64,000 bases of DNA from an uncultured cyanobacterium (GTDB taxonomy: Bacteria; Cyanobacteriota; Cyanobacteriia; Cyanobacteriales; CAWCAG01). The stretch lies in contig CAWDOD010000002.1 in the NCBI GenBank assembly GCA_963803805.1, positions 896,001 through 960,000 of the forward strand. Reading direction: 5' to 3'. Every line of letters begins with the position of its first letter. Within the stretch, counting starts at the first letter, position 1. Under the pieces are notes generated by a model, which was given only the letters and a program-made list of their open reading frames with translations, was not told the DNA's origin and searched no databases. Shown here piece by piece: positions 1 through 9,909 of the stretch. The translations under genes were made by a program, and so were the position numbers.

Positions 1-1
1 G

Positions 2-1201
2 GACTTGCCCATCTTCAGTCCAGTTTTCCACAAAGTTGCTAGGACTATAGCGCAAGATACCTGCTTCTGGTACACCAAGGACTAACTCTCTGTCACTACT
101 TTCATAAAGGAGGGCAAAGCTATCTTGCCATTGTAACAGGGCTGGACCCTCTAAACGTTTGATAGTATGGCTAGGGATAGTGACTAACTGCGCCTGTAGT
201 CCCAGAAGTTCTGCGATCGCCCCACACAGTTGCAGGGATAGCCCCCCTGTACGGGCTAATTGGTCTGCTAGTATCCGTTGTACTACTTCCCTACGGAAGG
301 GGATATTCAGATGTTGACAAAGCATTTGCAAGCAAGCCATAACTGCCCCCAATTGCCCTTTACCCCTGACATAGGGATAGTTTTTTTTGCCCCTCGGCTT
401 TTCGGCGACAAAAGGATGTTCTAATTCCGGTTGGGGGGGATTTTCTGGGGCATAGGGAATGTCTTCTGCAATAGTATCTTGGGGAGGAGCAGCCGATGTT
501 AAGGTATCGATGGGGACAGGTTGCAAGGTGGGAGTAGGTACACCGATTAATCTTACTTGTGAGGAGGAAGTTACCCTCAACTCCGTGTTAAGATCAAGGC
601 GATCCCCCACTTCATATTCAGGGAGTTGTCCTCCTCCACTAAAGAACCAAATTTTACCGGAATTAAGGTTATGGGCAGGATGCTTGCCTTGAGTTAAATA
701 GCTCACTTCTGCCGCTTCAGTAGCCTGCTGTACTATTGTTTTAAAATCTAGTTCTTGGGGTCGTTGTTTAATCTCTTCACTAAGGAGGGCAAAAATTTCT
801 GTTGGGGAAACTTGTTGTTGAAAAAACTCGGCTAATTGTACCTCTTTAGAGAGGAGATTAAGAAAGCTGTGGGCAGGCAAGGTTAAACAAACACTTTCAA
901 TCGAAGCGATCGCCGTTTCACAGGGGACACCTCGCACCAAACCCACCCAACCCATAATTGCCCCCGGTTGCAGTTTTTTTAAGGTTAAGGGTACATAGTT
1001 GGAAGGATCACGGGCTATTAATCTAGCCTCTCCTTTTTGGAGAATAGCAATTTGATAAGGTAGAGTTTCTCCCCTCAGAATATTCTGCCCTAAACGATAA
1101 CGTAGGGGCTGAAATAGTTGGCTCCACTGTTGTAGTTTCTCCTTACTTAATTTGTTAAAGGGAGGAGTTGTCGCCAGAAATTCTGGTATATCATTAAACA
1201 T
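2..1201 (-). CDS. HlyB-family type I secretion ABC transporter (cNMP-binding plus C39-like peptidase domains), 5' part only; runs off the window start
   Basis: Not in the ORF track (truncated). Manual translation from ATG at 1201: MFNDIPEFLATTPPFNKL...FQPLRYRLGQ...GWVGLVRGVPCETAIAS...YPYVRGKG...ACLQMLCQHLNIPFRREVV, typical of cyanobacterial peptidase-domain T1SS transporters; lies downstream of a PPIase and an RTX gene. Confidence 0.85.
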   Translation of the reverse strand, partial: MFNDIPEFLATTPPFNKLSKEKLQQWSQLFQPLRYRLGQNILRGETLPYQIAILQKGEARLIARDPSNYVPLTLKKLQPGAIMGWVGLVRGVPCETAIASIESVCLTLPAHSFLNLLSKEVQLAEFFQQQVSPTEIFALLSEEIKQRPQELDFKTIVQQATEAAEVSYLTQGKHPAHNLNSGKIWFFSGGGQLPEYEVGDRLDLNTELRVTSSSQVRLIGVPTPTLQPVPIDTLTSAAPPQDTIAEDIPYAPENPPQPELEHPFVAEKPRGKKNYPYVRGKGQLGAVMACLQMLCQHLNIPFRREVVQRILADQLARTGGLSLQLCGAIAELLGLQAQLVTIPSHTIKRLEGPALLQWQDSFALLYESSDRELVLGVPEAGILRYSPSNFVENWTEDGQV

Positions 1202-1262
1202 TTATCATTTATCACTAAACATTTATCATTTATCACTAAATATTTATCACTTATCATTAGAT
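1200..1262. repeat. Three ~21-bp tandem units built from heptamers (ATTTATC/ACTAAAC), STRR-like
   Basis: atttatcatttatcactaaac, atttatcatttatcactaaat, atttatcacttatcattagat seen directly. Confidence 0.7.
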
Positions 1263-1278
1263 ATTTACGCTTTAACTT

Positions 1279-2017
1279 TTAATCTGGAGGTTGATCCGGT
1301 TGGTAGTTGACAGTTTGTAGTTGTTCTTCTAGCCACTTTTGCCAACATTCTTGGAGCAACTTCTGTTTCATCTTCTCATCTAATTGGGCAGGAACAAATT
1401 CTTCTAAACGAACAATTACATACCAATCATTAAGACGACTAGGAGGCCAAAGCTGCCCTGGTTTGCTAACACTAAGCATTCGCCCTAAGTCGGTATGGAT
1501 ATTGCTTAAGGGGACAGGGCCTACTTTACCACCTGTTTTTGCTTCTGCCCCTTGGGAATATTGTTGAGCTAGTTCTGTAAAAGAGGCTTCTTTTTCCAAA
1601 AGACGGCAATAAAGTTCTTGGGCCATACCCACATCTTTAGTTCTTAACAAAGAGTATATTACCTGATCAAAGTAAGCTTTACGTTTCAAAAAAATGCTTT
1701 CAAGTTTGCTGCCCCAAGTTTGCTCTTGAAATTTAGCAATTTTCCAACTTCGTGTTAGCTTTTTCTTGTAATTGTTGGGGACTTAAACCTTTTTGTTCTA
1801 ACCAAGTTTGTCTTTCTTGAGGGCTATAAAGTTTTTGTTGTTGATAAAATTTCTCACAATTTTGCGCCTCTTCTTCAACAGAACAGACTACATCTTTAAT
1901 AGCTAAGTCGGTAATAATTTCTCGTGCTAATTCAGGCAGAAGCTGATACTTTTGTAGCAAGGGAATAATCTCCTCTGCTGTAAAGGTTTGTTCACCTATT
2001 TGTAGAACAGTAGTCAT
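1279..2017 (-). CDS. PpiC/parvulin-type peptidyl-prolyl isomerase of the T1SS operon, split by one frameshift (~1760-1764)
   Basis: ORFs 1733..2017 and 1279..1689 join if one A is removed from GAAAAAG, giving ...QEKLTRSWKIAKFQEQTWGSKLESIFLKRK...; motif SFTELAQQYSQGAEAKTGGKVGP. Confidence 0.85.
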
Positions 2018-2062
2018 AAGATAGTAGTCTTAGCTAATTCAATAATATGCTGTTTAAATAAG

Positions 2063-2187
2063 TAAGCTGTCAGGCATTTAATTTACTTATTAGGTTTGAT
2101 GGGAAATAAGGGGATAGGGAGATGGGGGAGGGTTTTAGGGCTTATTTCCTAGTTGAGTAATACACAGTTTAAATGCACATCAGCTTA
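2063..2187. mobile_element. Small MITE-like element with imperfect 19-bp terminal inverted repeats
   Basis: Left TAAGCTGTCAGGCATTTAA, right TTAAATGCACATCAGCTTA; TA ends; G-rich heptamer-like interior. Confidence 0.45.
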
Positions 2188-2193
2188 ACAGCT

Positions 2194-2248
2194 TATTTAC
2201 TTATCTACTAAAAACAAGTTTTTTTTGCAAAAAGTACAGAAAACTTTT
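2194..2248 (-). promoter_or_regulatory. Repeated bipartite motif, copy 1 (upstream of the PPIase-T1SS operon)
   Basis: + strand TATTTACTTATC-N21-GCAAAAAGTACAGAAAACTTT, matching the copies at 19521 and 23606. Confidence 0.75.
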
Positions 2249-2313
2249 TCTGTAGGGAATTTAGGTGATTTTAACAATTTTTAAAATCCTGGTTTTAGAA
2301 ACTTGCTTGAGTG

Positions 2314-2355
2314 GGCGATCGCATTTTCTATTTTATTGATGAAGATGCGATCGCC
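2314..2355 (-). terminator. Hairpin built from two HIP1 sites, just after the RTX stop codon
   Basis: GGCGATCGCATTTTC...GAAGATGCGATCGCC inverted repeat. Confidence 0.45.
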
Positions 2356-2367
2356 TCTTAACTCAAC

Positions 2368-5300
2368 TTAGACGTTAGTGAAGCTTTCACTAGTTAGGGT
2401 GTCAGCTTGGAAATTTGTCAACGAGGCTAACAATTCACCTGTATTTACAAAACTGATAAATGCGTCCTTTTCTGAGGAACCACTTCCTTGACTAAAGGAA
2501 AGTTCTTGGAACTTCAAGCCTCCAGATAAACCGAAAATATCAGTACCAACTTGGAAGTCGAGGATAGTGTCCATACCTTGATTTCTAGCCATAATAAAGG
2601 TATCTTTGCCTTCTCCCCCTTCTAGGGTATCCTGACCGAAACCACCATTAATCAGGTCGTCTTCTTCTCCCCCGTAGAGGAAGTCATCACCAGATTGTCC
2701 TAGCAAGACATCATCATCCTCACCCCCATACAGAAAGTCGTTACCCGTGCCACCGTCTAGGTTATCACGTCCGTCTCCCCCATCAAGGATGTCGTCGCCG
2801 TCAGCACCGGAAAGTTCGTCGTGACCAGCATTTCCTTCCAAATTATCTGCACCAGAGCGACCAAGTAGAATATCGGCATCATCTCCTCCTTTGAGGATAT
2901 CATCACCTGCACCACCATCAAGGAAGTCCTTGCCTTTGTCACCAAACAACTCGTCGTTGCCTGCACCACCGAGTAGGATGTCTTTTCCGGAACCACCGTC
3001 AAGGATGTCGTTACCTATACCACCATCAAGGTTATCATAGTCATTACCTCCGTAGAGTTTGTCATCACCCGTGCCACCAATGAGGGTATCATCATCGTTG
3101 CCACCCTCAAGGGTATCATTGCCAGAACCACCATCAAGGTTGTCTTCACCACTACCACCGATGAGTTGATCATTCCCTGCACCACCGATGAGAATATCAT
3201 CCTCGTTGCCGCCATTTAGGGTATCATCCCCAGAGCCACCATCAAGGTTGTCTTCACCATTACCACCGATAAGTTGATCATTCCCTGCACCACCGTCAAG
3301 GTTGTCATCATTAGACCCCCCATCAAGGATGTCATTGCCTGCCCCACCGATGAGTTCATCCCGGCCTGTAGCCCCTTCAAGGAGGTCATTACCAGCACCA
3401 CCATCAAGGAAGTCATCACCATAACCACCATCAAGGAAGTCATCCCCAGCTTGACCGTAGAGGGTATCATCACCATCTTCACCTTTAAGTAGATCATTGC
3501 CACGACCACCATCTAGGGTATCATCTTCAGTTCCTCCGTAGAGAGAATCATCTCCGGCATCACCAAATAGTTGGTCATCATCATCGTTACCATAAAGGGT
3601 GTCATCTCCGTAGCCACCATCTAGCTCATCTTCTCCTTCCCCTCCAGAAAGGTCATCGTTGCCGTTGCCACCTTCGAGGTCATCATCCCCTTCAAAGCCT
3701 TGGAGGGTATCGTTGCCGTCACCCCCTTGAAGGGTATCGTTCCCATCACCACCATAGAGTAGGTCATTGTCATCTCCTCCACAAAGATGGTCGTCTCCTT
3801 CACCCCCTCTGAGTTCATCGTCTCCCTCTTGTCCCAGGAGGATGTCATCCCCTTGATCTCCAACGAGGATATCCTTGCCTTCGCCACCAGCGAGGGTGTC
3901 GTCCCCTCCTCTACCAAAAATCTCATCATTGCCACCAACACCAATCAGGAGATTATCTTGCCCATCACCTATAATTTTGTCGCTTTTCTCGGAACCAATA
4001 ACGTTCTCGATATCTCTGAGGATGTCATGATCTCCGTAACCATCGGTGGCAATTTGTTGGGCGAGATTAACATCAACGCTGCCGTTATCCCACTGGTAAC
4101 TAACAGTATCAATTCCTGCCCCTCCTTCAATGAGATCATTACCACCATGACCAGCGATGAAGTCGTCACCATCTAGGGTACGAATCCAGTTATCTTTGCC
4201 ATTCCCCATCATGACATCATCTTGATTGGAGGCTACGATGTCTTCAATGTTAACCAGGGTGTCGCTAGCATCCATTTCATCATAAACTTCACCAGGATCT
4301 AGGGCAAATCTTGGTTCAGGGTGGGGAACTTCAATATCACAGTCGTTGTCACAATATTCTTGGTCGTGGTATTCGTAGCTGTTGTCGTCATCAAGGTTGA
4401 TGCGGACTCCTACAGTTGAGGTGGCGAAGGTAACTTGGTCAACCCCTTCTCCACCGTCAATGAAGTCGCTGCCATCTCCTCCATCAAGGAAGTCGTCACC
4501 ATCGCCCCCATAAAGTTCGTCATCTCCTGCACCACCAATAAGGGAGTCATCTCCTTCTCCGGCATCAAGGATATCATCACCATTGCCACCATCAAGGGAG
4601 TCGTTACCTTCGCCCCCATAAAGTTCATCGTCCCCATCATCGCCGGCCATGGTATCGTTGCCTGCACCTCCTGAGAGAACATCATCTCCTGCACCTGCGG
4701 CAATATTGTCATCCCCTGCACCGCCATCAAGGTAGTCGCTACCGTCGCCACCGTTAATTTCGTCGTCGCCAGCGCCACCTTCTGCTACATCGTCTCCTGC
4801 CCCAGCATCAAGGATGTCGTTTCCTGAACCCCCTTCAAGGTAGTCATCACCAGTTCCTGCGTCGAGGTTATCGTTGCCAGCGCCACCATCAAGAATATCG
4901 TCGCCTTCACCAGCATCTAAGGTATCGTTACCATCGCCACCGAACAGTTCGTCATTTCCTTGGGCAGCATCAAGGTTATCATTGCCTGCGCCGCCGTAGA
5001 GGTAGTCATTTCCTTCTCTACCAAACAGTTGGTCATCGTCGTTACCGCCATCAAGGTAGTCGCTGCCGGTATCCCCATCGAGGTAGTCTTGACCATCTGA
5101 ACCAAGGAGGGTGTCGTTGCCAGCTTCACCAAAGATTTGGTCGTCTCCAGCGCCGCCGTCGAGGGTATCTTCACCTTCACGACCGTAAATTAAGTCAATA
5201 CCGTCGCCGCCATCAGCAAAGTCGTTGCCTGCGCCAGCGTCAATGAAATCTTCTCCGGCAGAACCAAAAAGGTTATCATGTCCGATTTCACCATAAATCT

Positions 5301-8300
5301 CGTCGTCACCAGCGCCACCGTCTATGGTATCATCACCAGCGCGACCGTAAATTAGGTCAGCATCATCACCGCCATCAACGTTATCATTGCCGATTCCTGC
5401 ATCGATATAGTCTTCACCACCGGAACCAAGAATGGTATCGTCATCTTCTTCGCCGTAGATTTCATCGTCACCAGCGCCACCGTCTATGGTATCATCACCA
5501 GCGCGACCGTAAATTAGGTCAGCATCATCACCGCCATCAACGTTATCATTGCCGATTCCTGCATCGATATAGTCTTCACCACCGGAACCAAGAATGGTAT
5601 CGTCATCTTCTTCGCCGTAGATTTCATCGTTACCAGCGCCACCGTCTATGGTGTCGTTGCCAGCGCGACCGTAAATTAGGTCAGCATCATCACCGCCATC
5701 AACGTTATCATTGCCGATTCCTGCATCGATATAGTCTTCACCACCGGAACCAAGAATGGTATCGTCATCTTCTTCGCCGTAGATTTCATCGTTACCAGCC
5801 CCGCCGTCTATGGTGTCGTTGCCAGCGCGACCGTAAATTAGGTCAGCATCATCACCGCCATCAACGTTATCATTGCCGATTCCTGCATCGATATAGTCTT
5901 CACCACCGGAACCAAGAATGGTATCGTCATCTTCTTCGCCGTAGATTTCATCGTTACCAGCCCCGCCGTCTATGGTGTCGTTGCCAGTACGACCATAAAT
6001 CAAGTCAGTGCCATCACCACCATTAGCAATGTCGTCGCCCGTACCAGCATCAATGTTATCATCGCCAAGCCCTCCATTAATTTCGTCATCGCCATCGTTA
6101 CCATAAAGTTTGTCATTTTCTGAACCACCATCTATAAAATCGTTACCAGCATTACCTTCAATGAAGTCTTCACCAGATTCTCCATAGATAGTGTCATCAT
6201 CATCTTGACCATAAATGGAGTCGTTTCCTGTCCCTCCCCAGATAGAGTCTTTTCCTGCGCCACCTTCTAGGATATCGTTGCCTGCATCACCATAAATTTC
6301 ATCGTTGCCAAAACCGCTATCTCCTTTAACCCAGTCATCGCCACCACCAGAGTGGATTTCATCATCTCCATCACCACCGCGAATAATATCTGCATCTCCA
6401 TTAACAGCATCGCCAACGAAGTCTCCCCAAATGGTGTCATTGCCATAGTTACCGAATAGCTTATCTTGTCCGCTACCTCCGATAACTTTGTCATCACCGC
6501 GTTCACCATAAAGCATATCGTCACCACCTTCGCCGGAAATGTAGTCATTTCCCATGCCTGCGGTGATGATATTGAGGTTGTTGTCTCCGACAATCGTGTC
6601 GCCCAAATCAGAACCAACTACATTCTCGAAATCGAAGATTTGATCATGGTCATGGTTAGCGAGGAAGTTATTATCTGCTTGGCTAAAGTCAAAGGGTAAC
6701 TTGCCTTGGAAGCCTTTAACAGTAAGATTGGCTTCTAAGCTGACGTGGACTGGACGCGCTGTATCGCTGTAGCTGAGGGTGTCAAGACCGAATCCAGCGT
6801 AGAGGTTATCCGTACCAGCACTACCGACAACTACATCATCTCCTCCTAATGCCCAAATGTAGTTGTTTTTATTGTTGCCAATAAGAATGTCATCAGTGAA
6901 ACCTTTAGTACCGTAATCTCCAAATTGAACTATGGGCTGGAAATTCCAATCTGTTCCCTTGATAGATTCTAGGTTTTCTAAGATATCAACAGTACCAAAG
7001 CCATCATAGGCGGTTCCAGAGGCGATTTCATAGTTAGGTTCTAGGTCAAAGAAGTATTCTTCAGGGTTTTCTGGACTGACTTCTTGATTAAATAGCAGGT
7101 TGCGATTGTGTTCAAAGAGGTTATTTTCATTAATGTTGACGATGACGGTGTTAGGGGAGAAGCTGTAGTCAACGGTGTCTCCTTGAGTTCCTCCATTTAT
7201 GTAGTCGTTGCCAAGTCCGCCGTCGAACCAATCAAATCCTCCATTACCAAACAGAGTGTCGTTGCCTGTCCCTCCAGCTAGAGTGTCGTCGTTAGCACCA
7301 CCACTCATGTAGTCGTTGCCAGAACCACCGGAGAGATAGTCGTTACCAGCGTCTCCATACATGGTGTCGTTGCCTTCTTGTCCGTAGAGAGTGTCTCCAT
7401 TGTCACCACCGTGTAAGGTGTCAGCGCCAATTCCACCGTATAAGGTGTCTGTGCCAGCGTCGCCCCACAGTTCATCGTTTCCTTCTTGTCCGTAAAGAGT
7501 ATCTCCGTCATCGCCACCGTGTAGTGTGTCTATGCCGAGTCCTCCTTCTAAGGTATCAATACCAGCGTCGCCCCACAGTTCATCGTTTCCTTCTTGTCCG
7601 TAAAGGGAGTCTCCATCGTCTCCACCATGTAGGATATCTTCGCCAAGTCCACCTTCTAGAGTATCAACACCAGCGTCACCCCAGAGTTCATCATTACCGT
7701 TGTTTCCATACAAGGTATCGTTTTCAGAACCACCATGAAGTTCGTCTTCTCCATCTCCGCCGTGTAGTTCGTCAATACCTTCATCACCCCAGAGTTGATC
7801 GTTGCCTTCTTGTCCGTAAAGGAAGTCTCCATCATCTCCGCCATGTAAGGTGTCTTCGCCGAGTCCACCTTCTAGAGTGTCAGTGCCAGCACCGCCTTCT
7901 AATGTGTCATCTCCTCTACGACCATACAAGTTATCATTACCAGAGCCTCCACGGAAAGTGTCATTGTAACTTCCTCCATACATTTCGTCGTCATAAGAAG
8001 AGCCTTCTATAATCTCAACGTTACCGACTGTATCTAATGTGCCGAAACCGTCTTCAATACGATAAACATCAGAGCCTGCATATTCTTCAGCACTTACTTT
8101 AATAGGGCTATTGCTGCTTGAGTAATCCGCAGTATCTTGTCCCTTTCCTCCATCTAGCAAGTCGTAACCTTCTCCACCAATTAAGGTATCGTTACCACCT
8201 TTGCCTCTGAGGACATCATTTCTTGCAAATCCCCCTATTCTGTCATTTCCAGAAGTACCTTCAATCCAATCATCATTTTGTGTACCTGCTACATTAGATT

Positions 8301-9909
8301 GATTTTGGATTTTGTCTTCTGAAAAATAGTATCCTGTCTTATTTAATTCATTAAAAGATTGAAGAAAATATTGCTGGGCTTCTTCTCCCCATGTAGGCAA
8401 ATAGCTATCTACAAATTTGTGTTCATCCAACCCATTTTGTAAAGTAGCAATTCCAGTATTGACTAAATTTGATAGTTTAGAGAATAAATTATTGTCACTT
8501 AACTGCAACTTAGTAACCGGATCATTATTATTGATAATATTTAAGCCATCTCCCAAATTTTGATAATATGTATCAGGTGAAACCATTGATAATCCTGCTG
8601 CTGTGTAAGAAGTAGGAGAACCAAAAGAAATAACTTTTGTTTGATTTTGATATTGAGAGCCTTCGATCAAAGCATCTTCAAGAAAAAAGTTTCCTTGAGA
8701 ATGTCCTATCAAAATCAAAGAATTTTGTGAATCATTATTTCCTAAAAATTGGGAGTCTATGATTTGATTGTATAAATCTAAACTAGGAGAAACTGGATCT
8801 GTAAACCAGTATTGTATAAGTGCTTCTTTTAAATCAAAACTATCGGGTAAAGCTTGAATGATAGAATTAATTTCACCCCCTAATTGTCCGGCGATAAAAT
8901 TAATTAAATCAGCAGTAAATTGATCGTCTTCTAAAAGACTAAAACTCGGATTTTGCCAAAACTGCCATACTATATTTGCAAAATCTCCTATTTGATCTAT
9001 CAAATCTATAAGTTCAATACTACCTAAAATTTTATCAAGTAAATAGCTACCTATAAATTCTAAAATCAATTCATCCAAATTTTCCAAAGAAGAAAGATTA
9101 TAAACAGGCTTTGAAATTAAAGAACCATCATCATTAGCAAAAAGGTTATTGTTAATCACAAAATTTTCTTCTGCTTTTGGCACAAAATCACCATAAAAGG
9201 ATAATGAAGTTGTGAATATACCATTAATAAGAACAACTTGGGTTTTGCTTGAATCCTTTAAAACTTTGTTCCAAACTTTCTCAAAATTAAAATCTAGCTC
9301 GTTATTATTTACTATTCCTGCTTGTTCAATATTAAATGTGCTGCTATGTACCTGGATGATTCCAGAATCGTTTTCAGATTGCAAAACCTCAACTTGAGAC
9401 TCTCTCAAATCAACACCTTGCACCACATTGGAAAAATATTCCCCCTCATCTCCCGGAGTATCCACCACATTCACTTGAGCATCAACATAATGCCCAAACT
9501 CCTCCAACAACACACCATTAATCGCCTCAACATCACCAGCAGACTCACGCAAGAAATCCTCAGCCAAATAAATAGTATTAGTCGCTGCTGCATAAGCCGC
9601 ATTCGCCCCACTCAACTCCGCACTACTGAGAATCTCGAAACTAGGAAAAGACTCAAACTCACCAGAAACAAACGACTCTTTTAACTGGCTATAATCATTC
9701 CCCTCCCCAAAAACAGACTCCATCTTGCTAACAAACTCAGCATCAGTCGCAAAACTCTGCAAACTCAAACTAAACTGTTCCAGAAAACTTTCAGCCACAT
9801 CCGTACTCTCAAAAAAGTCGCCAACAACTTCTAGCAAATCGTCAAAAGAATCCTTATTTGACCAATCTTCCAAACCAAAAACTTGAGACTCGGTATTAAG
9901 CAAATCCAT
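2368..9909 (-). CDS. Giant RTX/hemolysin-type Ca-binding repeat protein (2513 aa) with N-terminal EExGH domain and alpha/beta-hydrolase (lipase-like) domain; probable T1SS substrate
   Basis: Very many GGxGxDxLx nonapeptides; LLEEFGHYVD; LIGHSQGNF; C-terminal DTILDFQVGTD...ELLASL...SFTNV typical of cyanobacterial T1SS cargo; adjacent to HlyB. Confidence 0.9.
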   Translation of the reverse strand: MDLLNTESQVFGLEDWSNKDSFDDLLEVVGDFFESTDVAESFLEQFSLSLQSFATDAEFVSKMESVFGEGNDYSQLKESFVSGEFESFPSFEILSSAELSGANAAYAAATNTIYLAEDFLRESAGDVEAINGVLLEEFGHYVDAQVNVVDTPGDEGEYFSNVVQGVDLRESQVEVLQSENDSGIIQVHSSTFNIEQAGIVNNNELDFNFEKVWNKVLKDSSKTQVVLINGIFTTSLSFYGDFVPKAEENFVINNNLFANDDGSLISKPVYNLSSLENLDELILEFIGSYLLDKILGSIELIDLIDQIGDFANIVWQFWQNPSFSLLEDDQFTADLINFIAGQLGGEINSIIQALPDSFDLKEALIQYWFTDPVSPSLDLYNQIIDSQFLGNNDSQNSLILIGHSQGNFFLEDALIEGSQYQNQTKVISFGSPTSYTAAGLSMVSPDTYYQNLGDGLNIINNNDPVTKLQLSDNNLFSKLSNLVNTGIATLQNGLDEHKFVDSYLPTWGEEAQQYFLQSFNELNKTGYYFSEDKIQNQSNVAGTQNDDWIEGTSGNDRIGGFARNDVLRGKGGNDTLIGGEGYDLLDGGKGQDTADYSSSNSPIKVSAEEYAGSDVYRIEDGFGTLDTVGNVEIIEGSSYDDEMYGGSYNDTFRGGSGNDNLYGRRGDDTLEGGAGTDTLEGGLGEDTLHGGDDGDFLYGQEGNDQLWGDEGIDELHGGDGEDELHGGSENDTLYGNNGNDELWGDAGVDTLEGGLGEDILHGGDDGDSLYGQEGNDELWGDAGIDTLEGGLGIDTLHGGDDGDTLYGQEGNDELWGDAGTDTLYGGIGADTLHGGDNGDTLYGQEGNDTMYGDAGNDYLSGGSGNDYMSGGANDDTLAGGTGNDTLFGNGGFDWFDGGLGNDYINGGTQGDTVDYSFSPNTVIVNINENNLFEHNRNLLFNQEVSPENPEEYFFDLEPNYEIASGTAYDGFGTVDILENLESIKGTDWNFQPIVQFGDYGTKGFTDDILIGNNKNNYIWALGGDDVVVGSAGTDNLYAGFGLDTLSYSDTARPVHVSLEANLTVKGFQGKLPFDFSQADNNFLANHDHDQIFDFENVVGSDLGDTIVGDNNLNIITAGMGNDYISGEGGDDMLYGERGDDKVIGGSGQDKLFGNYGNDTIWGDFVGDAVNGDADIIRGGDGDDEIHSGGGDDWVKGDSGFGNDEIYGDAGNDILEGGAGKDSIWGGTGNDSIYGQDDDDTIYGESGEDFIEGNAGNDFIDGGSENDKLYGNDGDDEINGGLGDDNIDAGTGDDIANGGDGTDLIYGRTGNDTIDGGAGNDEIYGEEDDDTILGSGGEDYIDAGIGNDNVDGGDDADLIYGRAGNDTIDGGAGNDEIYGEEDDDTILGSGGEDYIDAGIGNDNVDGGDDADLIYGRAGNDTIDGGAGNDEIYGEEDDDTILGSGGEDYIDAGIGNDNVDGGDDADLIYGRAGDDTIDGGAGDDEIYGEEDDDTILGSGGEDYIDAGIGNDNVDGGDDADLIYGRAGDDTIDGGAGDDEIYGEIGHDNLFGSAGEDFIDAGAGNDFADGGDGIDLIYGREGEDTLDGGAGDDQIFGEAGNDTLLGSDGQDYLDGDTGSDYLDGGNDDDQLFGREGNDYLYGGAGNDNLDAAQGNDELFGGDGNDTLDAGEGDDILDGGAGNDNLDAGTGDDYLEGGSGNDILDAGAGDDVAEGGAGDDEINGGDGSDYLDGGAGDDNIAAGAGDDVLSGGAGNDTMAGDDGDDELYGGEGNDSLDGGNGDDILDAGEGDDSLIGGAGDDELYGGDGDDFLDGGDGSDFIDGGEGVDQVTFATSTVGVRINLDDDNSYEYHDQEYCDNDCDIEVPHPEPRFALDPGEVYDEMDASDTLVNIEDIVASNQDDVMMGNGKDNWIRTLDGDDFIAGHGGNDLIEGGAGIDTVSYQWDNGSVDVNLAQQIATDGYGDHDILRDIENVIGSEKSDKIIGDGQDNLLIGVGGNDEIFGRGGDDTLAGGEGKDILVGDQGDDILLGQEGDDELRGGEGDDHLCGGDDNDLLYGGDGNDTLQGGDGNDTLQGFEGDDDLEGGNGNDDLSGGEGEDELDGGYGDDTLYGNDDDDQLFGDAGDDSLYGGTEDDTLDGGRGNDLLKGEDGDDTLYGQAGDDFLDGGYGDDFLDGGAGNDLLEGATGRDELIGGAGNDILDGGSNDDNLDGGAGNDQLIGGNGEDNLDGGSGDDTLNGGNEDDILIGGAGNDQLIGGSGEDNLDGGSGNDTLEGGNDDDTLIGGTGDDKLYGGNDYDNLDGGIGNDILDGGSGKDILLGGAGNDELFGDKGKDFLDGGAGDDILKGGDDADILLGRSGADNLEGNAGHDELSGADGDDILDGGDGRDNLDGGTGNDFLYGGEDDDVLLGQSGDDFLYGGEEDDLINGGFGQDTLEGGEGKDTFIMARNQGMDTILDFQVGTDIFGLSGGLKFQELSFSQGSGSSEKDAFISFVNTGELLASLTNFQADTLTSESFTNV
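5302..5986 (-). repeat. 162-bp (54-aa) near-identical tandem repeats, about 4.2 copies, inside the RTX gene
   Basis: AGC(G/C)CC(A/G)CCGTCTATGGT recurs at 5311, 5473, 5635, 5797 and 5959. Confidence 0.9.
7350..7900 (-). repeat. 108-bp (36-aa) degenerate tandem repeats inside the RTX gene
   Basis: CCAGCGTCGCCCCACAGTTCATCGTTTCC at 7454 and 7562; unit DTLEGGLGxDTLHGGDDGDxLYGQEGNDELWGDAG. Confidence 0.75.

Noticed and set aside
459-692. 77-aa plus-strand ORF
   Set aside because: Antisense to the HlyB-type transporter
5302-5986. Regular repeats as a possible CRISPR array
   Set aside because: Repeats are in-frame coding units with no unique spacers, and no cas genes are present
2757-8012. Many 60-160 aa ORFs overlapping the RTX gene on both strands
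   Set aside because: Shadow frames produced by repetitive Gly/Asp codons; no independent protein motifs
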